Part shown: piece after piece, positions 20,717 to 29,700 of the stretch | Numbering within the stretch: the stretch's first letter is position 1 | How the letters are laid out: every line of letters begins with the position of its first letter | Source: Alphaproteobacteria bacterium | Lineage (GTDB): Bacteria > Pseudomonadota > Alphaproteobacteria > Rs-D84 | Reading direction: 5' to 3' | DNA: 64,000 nucleotides | Assembly (NCBI GenBank): GCA_017409215.1 | Contig: JAFQTD010000034.1 | Location: 431 to 64,430, forward strand | Position numbers and translations under genes: made by a program | Notes under the pieces: model-generated | Seen by the model: only the letters and a program-made list of their open reading frames with translations | Told to the model about the DNA's origin: nothing | The model's database searches: none

Positions 20717-21435
20717 ATTGCGCGAACGACACGACAAAATGTTATTCCATATACCGCGGTTGCGCCCGCCTTTAATAAAACCTTTCTAATTTCTGCAAAT
20801 GTTGCGCCTGTTGTCATAACGTCGTCAACCAACAAGATTCTTTTACCTTTGATTGCAGATGGATTTTTGATACTAAAAACACCGCTGATATTCTGTGCGC
20901 GTTCACGTGCATTTTTGTGTCCCATATCTGGTCGATATTTTCGCACAACAGAATTCAGATCTAATTTTAGATTAAATTCTTTTGCGATTGGTCGGGCCAG
21001 TAAAGTTGCCTGATTATAACCGCGATGGAACAGCCTGCGGTTTGCCAGTGGTATCGGAATAATTATATCTGCATCAATATATAAGTCTTGCAATGCGTTA
21101 ATCATTGCGCGCGCCATAAATTTTGCATAGTTAATTTTTGCAGCATGCTTAAAGGGCAAAACTGCATTTTTGGATGCATCATCATACACGCACGCAGACC
21201 GAATCCAATCCAGTTCACATTTCCCCGCTGCACAAACTGGGCAAAGTGGATTTTGTCCTAAATCGATATTCGCAGGGAATGGATAGCCGCACTTAATACA
21301 CTTTGGGTTTGCAATCCAATTTATTTCGCCCCAGCATTTTGCGCATAATTGCCCATGAACAGAAACCGGCGTATCGCATAACGGACACGCCGGTGGAAAC
21401 AGGAAATCTGCAATAGTTCTAAGATATTTTACCAC
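20713..21435 (-). CDS. comF: ComF-family protein (phosphoribosyltransferase domain)
   Basis: N-terminal double Cys pairs (CPLCDT...CAKCW, CIKCGYP...CPVC) and a C-terminal PRTase motif ILLVDDVMTTGAT. Confidence 0.85.
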   Translation of the reverse strand: MVKYLRTIADFLFPPACPLCDTPVSVHGQLCAKCWGEINWIANPKCIKCGYPFPANIDLGQNPLCPVCAAGKCELDWIRSACVYDDASKNAVLPFKHAAKINYAKFMARAMINALQDLYIDADIIIPIPLANRRLFHRGYNQATLLARPIAKEFNLKLDLNSVVRKYRPDMGHKNARERAQNISGVFSIKNPSAIKGKRILLVDDVMTTGATFAEIRKVLLKAGATAVYGITFCRVVRAI

Positions 21436-22706
21436 GTCATACTTTTATAAGTTTTTTTACCAACATTATCGCCAAAAATATTTTTCTGTTTTTGTGTCAT
21501 TGTTTCATATTGTTCGTTTGAAATTATACGCAGAACAAAACCAGATTCGGTTCTTTGTGACAACACTGGAACGATACGTTGCTGTGAAACCCCGTTATCT
21601 GTTAAAACTTGCTCGACAATGGCCAGTCTGCGTGCCGCCAATTTTCTTTCGTCCTTGCTTTTTGTCATATATTCTGGAATTGCCACTTGAATTGCGCGTG
21701 TTGGTTTATTAACAACAATGCCTGCGTATTCGGTCAACAAAGTATAATTTTCGCGTGACAGTGCTGAATCATCGTTTCTGAATTTTATTTTTATTTCCAA
21801 CGGTCTGATTCCACTGCCTTCGGACAAATCGTGTTGTGCAGTAAACCCTTCCATTGAACTTGATGTCTCGCTAACTGTGTCAAATGCGCTGTCTATTGAA
21901 TACGTAGACAGGTGTTTATTTTCGGATAAAAAAGTCTTTCTGAATGCGCTTCTCAATTCCGCAGGGCTCATTTTTGCCATATCGTTGCGCACACGTGCGA
22001 TTCTTGGTGATTTATTTTGTTCAACCTTTCTTACGATAACATCATCTGTCATTGGAACGACCATACGATGCAAAGAAACAGGTTGTGTTTTCTCTGTGGC
22101 AACAGCCAATTTTGTATCTGTTGTCTCAGGTGTGGTTTGCATATTTGCAATTGGGCGTTTTGCAACGGTACGGACACTGTCGTCTGCGCGCTTTTGCAAA
22201 TCGATTAAACGCGCAATCTGCGAATCCAGCTCAGATGATTGTTTTGGTTCTGTTGTTTTTATTGGCGCGCTTGCCTTTGCCAGCAATGTGTTTGACTGGG
22301 GGGTACGCATATCCAGACTTTCTTCTGGCAGGATTGCATCGTTTCTTATTACAGAAAATTCGCTTGGGTGTGGCATACGCAACGAAGAATCGCTTTTTGC
22401 CCACAAATCAGCGCTTGGACGTTTTGGGTTTAATACGTCACCAACAGCAGATGCAAGAACATTATGTTGCTGGTTGATTTTTGTTTCTGTTGGCTGTTTT
22501 ATATGTGCGCTGCGCGCCACAACGGTTTTTTTGCGTGTTTGTACTGTTGGTTTGGTTGTTTTCTGCGTACTTTTATTGGTCGCTTCACCAAATGCGTTTC
22601 GCGCAGAAACACCGCCTGCGGCAATATTTACCACAGGCATCTTAGCATTCGCCAACAAATTCGTGGTCATAAATAACGACAGCAGACAGACAATAAATCT
22701 TTGCAT
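21429..22706 (-). CDS. Secreted protein with a degenerate OmpA/MotB-like C-terminal region
   Basis: Signal peptide MQRFIVCLLSLFMTTNLLANA. The C-terminus IKFRNDDSALSRENYTLL...KLAARRLAIVEQVLTDNGVSQQRI parallels the OmpA_C pattern (F..dsa.L......L...RRA.aV...L...Gv...ri). Confidence 0.45.
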   Translation of the reverse strand: MQRFIVCLLSLFMTTNLLANAKMPVVNIAAGGVSARNAFGEATNKSTQKTTKPTVQTRKKTVVARSAHIKQPTETKINQQHNVLASAVGDVLNPKRPSADLWAKSDSSLRMPHPSEFSVIRNDAILPEESLDMRTPQSNTLLAKASAPIKTTEPKQSSELDSQIARLIDLQKRADDSVRTVAKRPIANMQTTPETTDTKLAVATEKTQPVSLHRMVVPMTDDVIVRKVEQNKSPRIARVRNDMAKMSPAELRSAFRKTFLSENKHLSTYSIDSAFDTVSETSSSMEGFTAQHDLSEGSGIRPLEIKIKFRNDDSALSRENYTLLTEYAGIVVNKPTRAIQVAIPEYMTKSKDERKLAARRLAIVEQVLTDNGVSQQRIVPVLSQRTESGFVLRIISNEQYETMTQKQKNIFGDNVGKKTYKSMTW

Positions 22707-22798
22707 AATTCCTTTCCTTCCAAATCAATCATAGAACAAAAGGCGAATCGTACGCAAGCAGAAAAAACACCAAAATAAAAAAATCGCCAAATGGCGAT

Positions 22799-23518
22799 TT
22801 ATAATTCAATTTTACCGTTTGTGGCGACCAGATCTGCGGTCATCTCGATTGTTCCGCCTGCCTCGCGCAGGATTAAGTCGCCTGCGGCAATTTCAGCAAA
22901 ATCTAACGGGTCTGACACGAATGCGTCCAACTTACCCGCGGCGACCCAGGCCAAATCCATTGCCGGACAACCCGTTCTGCGAACGTCGCCAATCAATGGG
23001 CGCGCATCAGACGTATTGGATGCAATTGTTGCCTCATCACAATCTTTGATATTAGAAACCTTGATACGTGCAGAATGAAATGCGGAAAAGACGTATGCGC
23101 CACGTTCCGCCTCTGCATAATACAGCCGTTCGTCAATTGGTGAATATACCAATGCAATTTTTGTTTCGTCGTTTGTGCGCAAAGCCAATGATATTGCAAA
23201 ATTTGGATTTCCACGAACGAAATTTGCCGCGCCAGACAGCGCCAGTACAAATTCGTCACGACCATCACCTTCGCGTGACATATCTGGTGTCAAAAGACCT
23301 GCGGATGGGCGCACCAACAGCAAATCAGACAAAATACTTTCTTCGATGCGGTTTGCTGCCTTTTGAACAAAATCACTTGCGCTACGCAAGGATTGCTGCA
23401 AGTTTTCTACTTCGCCAAAATCACGACGCAGACCAGATGCGGTACGTTGCAACGCCATAAACATTTTGTTTAACTCGGTCGAACCTTTGATTAGCAGTTC
23501 CATATCGTTGCCCCCCAC
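22799..23518 (-). CDS. Inositol monophosphatase/SuhB-family protein with degenerate metal-binding motifs
   Basis: It aligns by eye to SuhB (AMDLAWVAAGKLDAF, LILREAGG). However, DPLDGT is replaced by LALSGA and the TEESG Glu region by TPDMS. Confidence 0.7.
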   Translation of the reverse strand: MGGNDMELLIKGSTELNKMFMALQRTASGLRRDFGEVENLQQSLRSASDFVQKAANRIEESILSDLLLVRPSAGLLTPDMSREGDGRDEFVLALSGAANFVRGNPNFAISLALRTNDETKIALVYSPIDERLYYAEAERGAYVFSAFHSARIKVSNIKDCDEATIASNTSDARPLIGDVRRTGCPAMDLAWVAAGKLDAFVSDPLDFAEIAAGDLILREAGGTIEMTADLVATNGKIEL

Positions 23519-23532
23519 ATTTAGTCTTGTAA

Positions 23533-23745
23533 TTAGAAATTGAACCCTGCGAATTTAGATTTAAATTCTGCTGCGCGCTGACCCTTTTCGCCTGCATTAG
23601 AACGTTGACCAGTCCATGCAGAATGATTCAAGTTGTCGGTCGACAAAATCAAGTCTTTTTTTACAGAAGAGAACATTTTTATAGTTTTGCCGTCTGTTCT
23701 TGTGACGTTGATTTCGTGGTATTCTGGATGAATTCCTTTTTTCAT
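23533..23745 (-). CDS. rpmE: 50S ribosomal protein L31
   Basis: MKKGIHPEYHEINVTRTDGKT, the canonical L31 N-terminus; 70 aa. Confidence 0.92.
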   Translation of the reverse strand: MKKGIHPEYHEINVTRTDGKTIKMFSSVKKDLILSTDNLNHSAWTGQRSNAGEKGQRAAEFKSKFAGFNF

Positions 23746-23818
23746 AGTTTTTACCCTTTTTTAATTTTAGCCACAAAATTATACAATTAATTTTACAGAA
23801 ATCAAGCAATAATGCAGA

Positions 23819-24328
23819 TTAATATCTGCCAATACAACCCAAATAAGAATTTCCCGTAGATTCCAGTATATTGATGAATTGTGTCTGGTTCCTGCCCGAG
23901 AATAGCGCCAAAATAGTCCCCGCATCTGTGGCCAGCATATCCGCAACAGTTGCAATTCCGGAATTCATTTTCTTAAAAAAGCCACTGGTTGGGTATATTT
24001 CTGCCGCCAGCAGTTGCGTTTTTCCAGTTAATTTCACTTTTTTTTCAGATTCTATGACCATCAATTGGCATTCCGATGATATTATAATCTTGTCGCTAAT
24101 TACGCCGTCGCTGCCTAATAATTCGCCCCACCAACCGGTTGAGCCACAGAATACCGGATAATAAATAATAGTGTTTGGGTTATTGCTTAATATCTCTGCA
24201 ATATCGATATCGTCTGTACAAACATCAGGCATAATGCCAGTTGTATTGTTTATTACCTTTCGTGCCAGCTGGTATTCACTGTCCCCAGTTGTCTTGCGTG
24301 GCCAATAAAGAATCGGAAACTTTGTCAT
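23819..24328 (-). CDS. Hypothetical protein (169 aa)
   Basis: ORF between rpmE and the first VirB6-like gene on the same strand; no motif recognised and no clear SD. Confidence 0.45.
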   Translation of the reverse strand: MTKFPILYWPRKTTGDSEYQLARKVINNTTGIMPDVCTDDIDIAEILSNNPNTIIYYPVFCGSTGWWGELLGSDGVISDKIIISSECQLMVIESEKKVKLTGKTQLLAAEIYPTSGFFKKMNSGIATVADMLATDAGTILALFSGRNQTQFINILESTGNSYLGCIGRY

Positions 24329-24395
24329 TGCTATAAATTATAGCAGATTCGGCATACATAAAAAAGGGGGGTGGGTTAAATAAAGGACTTGATTT

Positions 24396-25685
24396 TTATT
24401 TTTTTATCGATTCGAATATTTTTTTTGCGCCCTTCCACAGAATATCTGTATTGTTTTTAGCTGTTTTATAGAAGTCGTCAGAAATATTTACATTAAATAT
24501 AGATTTAGAAAGTGCGGGAATCATTGTCATAAACATTGCTAAAAACAGCCCCATCAGTATAACTGTCACCAGACTGTCATTATTTAACATTAACGCATCC
24601 ATCAAGAATTTCGAATCGTTTTCAGTCAGTGCTTTTGCCAGTGCTGATTGTCCCTGCCAATCACCAAAAACAGCATTTATAAACATTGTTGCAAAGGCTA
24701 CAAATACACCTGTTATTGCCAATCCCAGTGTTCCATTAATTGCATTATCTATTATCTTAGAAATGGTTGTTCCTGCGCCTTGTGGAAAAATTTTCCAACC
24801 CTTGAACAGCCACGACAGCAACATAAATGGCAGCATAACCAAATCCATTGATAACTTTATAAATATTTCCAAGAAATATATGGGGATTGGCACCAGTGCT
24901 AAAAAGAACAGTACCAAAACCAGTGCGCCCGCAAACAGCAAAATTACGTTTGGAAATATCGGAATTTCCCACATTATTTTGTGCATATATTCATCATTAA
25001 ATGCCATATTTACCATTGTCCATCCGACCGCCATCCCCAGTCCAGTCATCTGGTGAACCCCAGACAATTCGCATGCCAGATTATGTCTTAACTTGGGCGA
25101 GAATGCCCCATAACTTGCGGCACGTTGGTCTATTGATGCCTGGTCTGCGATTGCGGTTGCAATAACACACGAATCGAAAGTGTCGTCATGTACGACCGCG
25201 CGATTCAAAGATAGTCCGACATTAAATATAGGTTGTATCGCGATATCGCTAATTAATCTGGGCAATGGTGCAAGCAAAACAATGGAAACGATTGCCAGCT
25301 TAACTATTTTGTTTGTAAAATCGCTGGCCTGTGACCAAGGGTTATCAAATTTTGAGTCCATCATATTGCTGGTCAGTGTCCAAGCAAACCAAATCGCCAT
25401 CAATATTGCAGCAAACGGAATAATAGTTTTTCCCAAGCTTGAATATATGCGTGGTAAAATATCTGACATTGTTGACATAATGCTGGCGAACATATCACAG
25501 GTCCAGCACGAACTAAAAAATTGATATGCTTCATTTGTGTTTACTGGAAATGCACTTCGGTATATTGAAAATCCAGCGATTGTGGTCAGGCCACCGACCA
25601 CCGCGACAACAACAGGTGCCCACGCTGCGGCTGTCAGTGGCAGGAATGATAAAAACGTTATCCAAAATTTTTTTAGTCGACTCAT
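24396..25685 (-). CDS. VirB6/TrbL-like polytopic membrane protein, paralogue 1
   Basis: 429 aa and multi-TM. N-terminal SCWTCDMF motif, a Cys pair in the central loop, the Trp-containing TM GMAVGWTMV and a Lys-rich tail WKGAKKIFESIKK. Paralogous to the four ORFs on the opposite strand. Confidence 0.6.
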   Translation of the reverse strand: MSRLKKFWITFLSFLPLTAAAWAPVVVAVVGGLTTIAGFSIYRSAFPVNTNEAYQFFSSCWTCDMFASIMSTMSDILPRIYSSLGKTIIPFAAILMAIWFAWTLTSNMMDSKFDNPWSQASDFTNKIVKLAIVSIVLLAPLPRLISDIAIQPIFNVGLSLNRAVVHDDTFDSCVIATAIADQASIDQRAASYGAFSPKLRHNLACELSGVHQMTGLGMAVGWTMVNMAFNDEYMHKIMWEIPIFPNVILLFAGALVLVLFFLALVPIPIYFLEIFIKLSMDLVMLPFMLLSWLFKGWKIFPQGAGTTISKIIDNAINGTLGLAITGVFVAFATMFINAVFGDWQGQSALAKALTENDSKFLMDALMLNNDSLVTVILMGLFLAMFMTMIPALSKSIFNVNISDDFYKTAKNNTDILWKGAKKIFESIKK

Positions 25686-25718
25686 TGTTTTTAATTATAC
25701 CATATTTTGCAATAAATG

Positions 25719-25727
25719 TGATATAAT
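25719..25727 (+). promoter_or_regulatory. Extended -10 promoter element (TGaTATAAT) for the plus-strand VirB6-like operon
   Basis: TG-n-TATAAT at 25719-25727, 24 nt upstream of the 25751 ATG, inside a 65-bp divergent intergenic gap. Confidence 0.4.
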
Positions 25728-25750
25728 TGAAAAGATAAAAAAATCAGAGA

Positions 25751-27010
25751 ATGTATTTATTGAAAAAAAACTTGTTTTTTGTCGCGGTGTTATTGGCATT
25801 ATTTATGCCAGATGTTGCGTTTGCTAATATCGTGGACAATTTGAATATTGCGCCATTTGTACCGATTGTATTAAATTCTATGATGATGATTGCAACACGT
25901 GGCTATGATTTTTTTGTTGGTAATGGTGACGGGATAATATATTTACTGATTTGGGGTTTTTTAGGGTTAACAACGGTATTGTATGTTGTAAAAATGTATT
26001 TTCCCAAAACGTGGCTGGGTTTTCTGGGGTTTTCTGGTGGTGGTGAATTGTATGAAGGCAAAATAACAGGATGGCAAATCGCTGAAAATTTATTACGTCC
26101 TGCGATGCGCGCGGCGATTGCGGCCATATTGTTATTACAGATACGACCAATGTTTTTAACCCACTGGTTGGTCAACCCGTTCTTAGAGCTGGGGTCGATA
26201 TACACCACTGCAATAACCAATACGATAAATGATTCTGGCACTGCGCCCAAGATAGAATGTCCATCGGATATATTATCTCAGGGCTGGATATCACAGGATT
26301 CGTGTGTTTTTCTGACACAACCTGTTTCAGATTTATCGCATGCAAACAATCAGATTATAAAACGTGGTTTTGATTATTTGACCAGTGGCATTCGCGGGCT
26401 TTTTTCACCTATACCTGCTGGTGGGCAAAATTTTATGAATGTTATAACTGGTGTGTTATTGATATTTACATTTGTCAGTTGTAATTTATTTATGGCGTTA
26501 TTGATTATTCAAGGGATTTTTAATTTCGGTATGCAGCTAATTTTATATCCATTTAGTGTTCTTACCTATGTTGTAAAATCCAGTGACAAGTGGCTTGATA
26601 TATGGCCTGCATTTGGCGGAATTACCAAGGCATTACAAGATTTAATTATCACGATGATTTCGTGTTCATTTATGTTATGTGTTGATTTAGCGATTGTTCG
26701 TGCATTATTTCATATGAACAAATCTATATATGTTGTTGCGGCAGATGGTTCTGCATACACTAATATGCCCCAGGCTGCAGATACTGCGATGGGTTTTGGC
26801 GAGCATTCTGTGACGTGGTTATCGGCAATATTGACTTTTTATTTGTTTTTCAAGTTATTTGATATGACGCAGAATCAATTAAAGTCCTATGTCGGCAGTG
26901 GTATGGACGGTTTGTATAATGCTGTAAAGTCTGACAGTAAACGTATGTTTGAAAAAGCAAAAAATATAAAGGACACATTTCAGTCTGTAAAGAAGTGGAT
27001 AAAAAAGTAA
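25751..27010 (+). CDS. VirB6/TrbL-like polytopic membrane protein, paralogue 2
   Basis: 419 aa. Signal-peptide-like N-terminus (LLALFMPDVAFA), loop Cys pair (IECPSD...DSCVF), multiple TMs and tail KDTFQSVKKWIKK. Confidence 0.55.
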   Translation: MYLLKKNLFFVAVLLALFMPDVAFANIVDNLNIAPFVPIVLNSMMMIATRGYDFFVGNGDGIIYLLIWGFLGLTTVLYVVKMYFPKTWLGFLGFSGGGELYEGKITGWQIAENLLRPAMRAAIAAILLLQIRPMFLTHWLVNPFLELGSIYTTAITNTINDSGTAPKIECPSDILSQGWISQDSCVFLTQPVSDLSHANNQIIKRGFDYLTSGIRGLFSPIPAGGQNFMNVITGVLLIFTFVSCNLFMALLIIQGIFNFGMQLILYPFSVLTYVVKSSDKWLDIWPAFGGITKALQDLIITMISCSFMLCVDLAIVRALFHMNKSIYVVAADGSAYTNMPQAADTAMGFGEHSVTWLSAILTFYLFFKLFDMTQNQLKSYVGSGMDGLYNAVKSDSKRMFEKAKNIKDTFQSVKKWIKK

Positions 27011-28207
27011 ATGGAAAATTTGATATCATCTTCAATAGATAATACGATTCAGTGTTGGGGCTGTTCTGTGTTTGACAGGTTGTTTCAGCTTGTTTCAACG
27101 GTCGCTACATCCATATATGATTATTTTAGTGCGATATGCATTGTGTTATTTCTTGCGGCATTTACTGTTTTGATAGTCAACGCGATATTTATAAATGGCA
27201 AAAACGATTTTTCTGACCCGTGGTACAAGGATTCCATTCAAAAAGTATTCATATCTGGCATTGTCGCATTGGGTATAATGGGGGCCGGGGTTATGTTTCC
27301 GCGGGTGCTGACCATGATTACGTTTGAACCTGTTGCGCAAATGACCACGACGTATACACAGTATATGTTGCGTCAGGATACAGCTGCAATCGAACAGCGT
27401 GTTTCCTATACCCCGGTTGAGATGCAAGACAATGGAATTTTTCGTCCACAACTGCGCGACAAAATAATTCTGTTAATGAAAACATCGATATCCCAGTTTC
27501 AATCTTATATAAAACTTGGTGTTGCTGTAATGGACAGTGCGTTTACGTGGAATGCATTGTTGGGGATTGGTGCATTACTTAAACATATTGTTTTGTTTTT
27601 TATAGGTCTGGCACTAACGATTGGTTTTTTTAGGTTGTTCTTTAAATACAGTTGTTATTTTATCGATGTTATAATTGCGATGGCTCTGTTTGCTTTTTTC
27701 TTTCCGTTATCTTTGGCGATGTTTCCGTTCCAAGGCGTAAAATCTGCGCCGAAATGGGCGCAAAATCTGGGGGGCAGTGTTGGTACCAAACAAATAAAAT
27801 CCTTGATAAATTCGATTGTCACATTGGGGGCTGTTGTTATCAGCTATACTGTAATAATGTTAATTCTTGCAAATTTCTTTATCGCGACGGACCAGAATAT
27901 AAATGATTTAATGACAGCAATAACCAGTGGCGAAATATTTGCATTTGATTTAAATACAGAAAACATAGCTGCGATGAGCTTAATGAGTTGTATTGTTTTG
28001 ATGTATGTGCTAAATTACATAGAATCCCAGATTCCACAGATATCAAAGACAATATTAAGCGCATTCAATGTAGAAGAAAAGAAGGATGCTGGCGAGAAGC
28101 TTGGCAACGATATGATGCGTCTGGGCGAACTGGCGCTGGGTAAAGTGTTGCAAACAGGCAAGATAATATTGTCTGGCGGTAAAGATAAAGAGGAAAGTGC
28201 TAAATAA
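27011..28207 (+). CDS. VirB6/TrbL-like polytopic membrane protein, paralogue 3
   Basis: 398 aa. The QCWGCSVFDRLFQLVSTVATSIYDYF N-terminal segment, then a TM, then GKNDFSDPW mirrors the VirB6 N-terminal layout. Its start abuts the previous stop. Confidence 0.6.
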   Translation: MENLISSSIDNTIQCWGCSVFDRLFQLVSTVATSIYDYFSAICIVLFLAAFTVLIVNAIFINGKNDFSDPWYKDSIQKVFISGIVALGIMGAGVMFPRVLTMITFEPVAQMTTTYTQYMLRQDTAAIEQRVSYTPVEMQDNGIFRPQLRDKIILLMKTSISQFQSYIKLGVAVMDSAFTWNALLGIGALLKHIVLFFIGLALTIGFFRLFFKYSCYFIDVIIAMALFAFFFPLSLAMFPFQGVKSAPKWAQNLGGSVGTKQIKSLINSIVTLGAVVISYTVIMLILANFFIATDQNINDLMTAITSGEIFAFDLNTENIAAMSLMSCIVLMYVLNYIESQIPQISKTILSAFNVEEKKDAGEKLGNDMMRLGELALGKVLQTGKIILSGGKDKEESAK

Positions 28208-29697
28208 TGTTAAAGGCGCAATTGATTATAGCCGCTGTTAAATTAATTATGGGTGCGATTGCGCTGGGTATTGGTATTTGGTATTTGTCGTCATCATTGG
28301 GTGGTGCGGCATTAACCTATACCAGTATGGATAATTTTTTAACATCAATTGGTGTTGAAAACGGTGATATTACGACATCTAATGGTTGTTTTTTGTGTCA
28401 GTATATATCGGATTTGTTCGCTGTGCTAAGCGATGCAACCGCGCGTTTTTGGGGTGTTATGGTTGATTGGGTATGGGTATTGGTTGCGCTGGGGTTTGGT
28501 GTTTTTATTTTAATTCATACCATGCAGTATATGTACGATAATGCTAAAAAGACCGCAACACTAGATGCCAAAGAGCATAAATTTGTATTCAAAGACTGGT
28601 TTGATAAAGTATGGAAACAGGGGGTTCGTGTTTTACTTGTTGGTGCATTAATTGGCGCGCTTGGTATGGGTGGGACAGATGCGCTAAAAACGATAACGCA
28701 AATAACTGTGACACCTGTATTATATGTTGGGTCTGAACTTTCGATGGCGGCAACCGGCGTGACCAGTGCCGCGCAATGTAATGCATTGGTCGCGATTGGC
28801 GAAGATGGCAACGACCAGATTTTTAATTCGGTTATTCGTCCATTTATGTGTGTTATTGGTAATTTGAACAGTGTTATGCTTGCTGGTGCTGCGGGTGGAT
28901 TTGCCTTGATGAACTATGCATGGTTGGGAATGGGTGGTGGTGTTATAACATGGTTTGCTGGTTTGGCGCTTGTTATACTGTTTCTGATAATTGGTTTTAA
29001 TTTATTTTTCCAGGTTTTATCGGTTTTCTTCAAGTTGATATTTTTTATAATATTTTTGCCTTTATTATTGGCTGCTGCAGCCTTTGAGGGTGTTTGGTCC
29101 AAGGTAAACTCTTTGGTAAATAATGGGATTAGTATGCTGGTTTCATCTGCGGTCAACATTATTGCGATAACGTTAAAGGTTGTTATTTTGTATGCAACGA
29201 TATCGTTTGCGGCCGACACGTATTTCCCTGGTCCGATGGATGGCTACAGTACGATTTTGCCACCGATGATGGGTACACACACAGAAAATCCTGATTCCCA
29301 AACCTTGTCCGTTATGAATGTTTTTTCAGAGTGCGAATCGATTTCAATGACAGAACAGGGGCTGGACAAAGAAATATTCAAGAATTGTTTTTCCGCCAAA
29401 CGCGCCCAGGTTGAACGTCAATATCCTGGTGCATTTGATTTTCTGCGCGATGGGTGGGATTTTCTGTTGTTAATGTTGTGTTTGTTCTTTTTATATAACT
29501 ATATCATCAGTCCCAAGATTGATAAAATATTCCCCAAGGGTTTCAAGTTAGTAAACTTCACAAATGGTAATGAAAAGAAATTCGAAACAACCGGTGAAGA
29601 ATTTGATTATGGTGCATGGGTTCACAGTCTGGGCAAAAAGGCGTGGGGAATTCCAAAACAGATTGCAGAGGCTGCAACAAAAAATATGTCAAACTAG
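28207..29697 (+). CDS. VirB6/TrbL-like polytopic membrane protein, paralogue 4
   Basis: 496 aa. GCFLCQYISDLF motif, loop Cys pair (AAQCNAL...PFMCVIG) and MNYAWLG. One-base TAATG overlap with paralogue 3. Confidence 0.6.
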   Translation: MLKAQLIIAAVKLIMGAIALGIGIWYLSSSLGGAALTYTSMDNFLTSIGVENGDITTSNGCFLCQYISDLFAVLSDATARFWGVMVDWVWVLVALGFGVFILIHTMQYMYDNAKKTATLDAKEHKFVFKDWFDKVWKQGVRVLLVGALIGALGMGGTDALKTITQITVTPVLYVGSELSMAATGVTSAAQCNALVAIGEDGNDQIFNSVIRPFMCVIGNLNSVMLAGAAGGFALMNYAWLGMGGGVITWFAGLALVILFLIIGFNLFFQVLSVFFKLIFFIIFLPLLLAAAAFEGVWSKVNSLVNNGISMLVSSAVNIIAITLKVVILYATISFAADTYFPGPMDGYSTILPPMMGTHTENPDSQTLSVMNVFSECESISMTEQGLDKEIFKNCFSAKRAQVERQYPGAFDFLRDGWDFLLLMLCLFFLYNYIISPKIDKIFPKGFKLVNFTNGNEKKFETTGEEFDYGAWVHSLGKKAWGIPKQIAEAATKNMSN

Positions 29698-29700
29698 GAA

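Noticed and set aside
21877-22734. 285-aa plus-strand ORF opposite the 425-aa secreted protein gene
   Set aside because: The minus-strand ORF has a signal peptide, an OmpA-like tail and coupling to comF. The plus-strand ORF has Ser/Cys/Phe-rich antisense-type composition and no start context.
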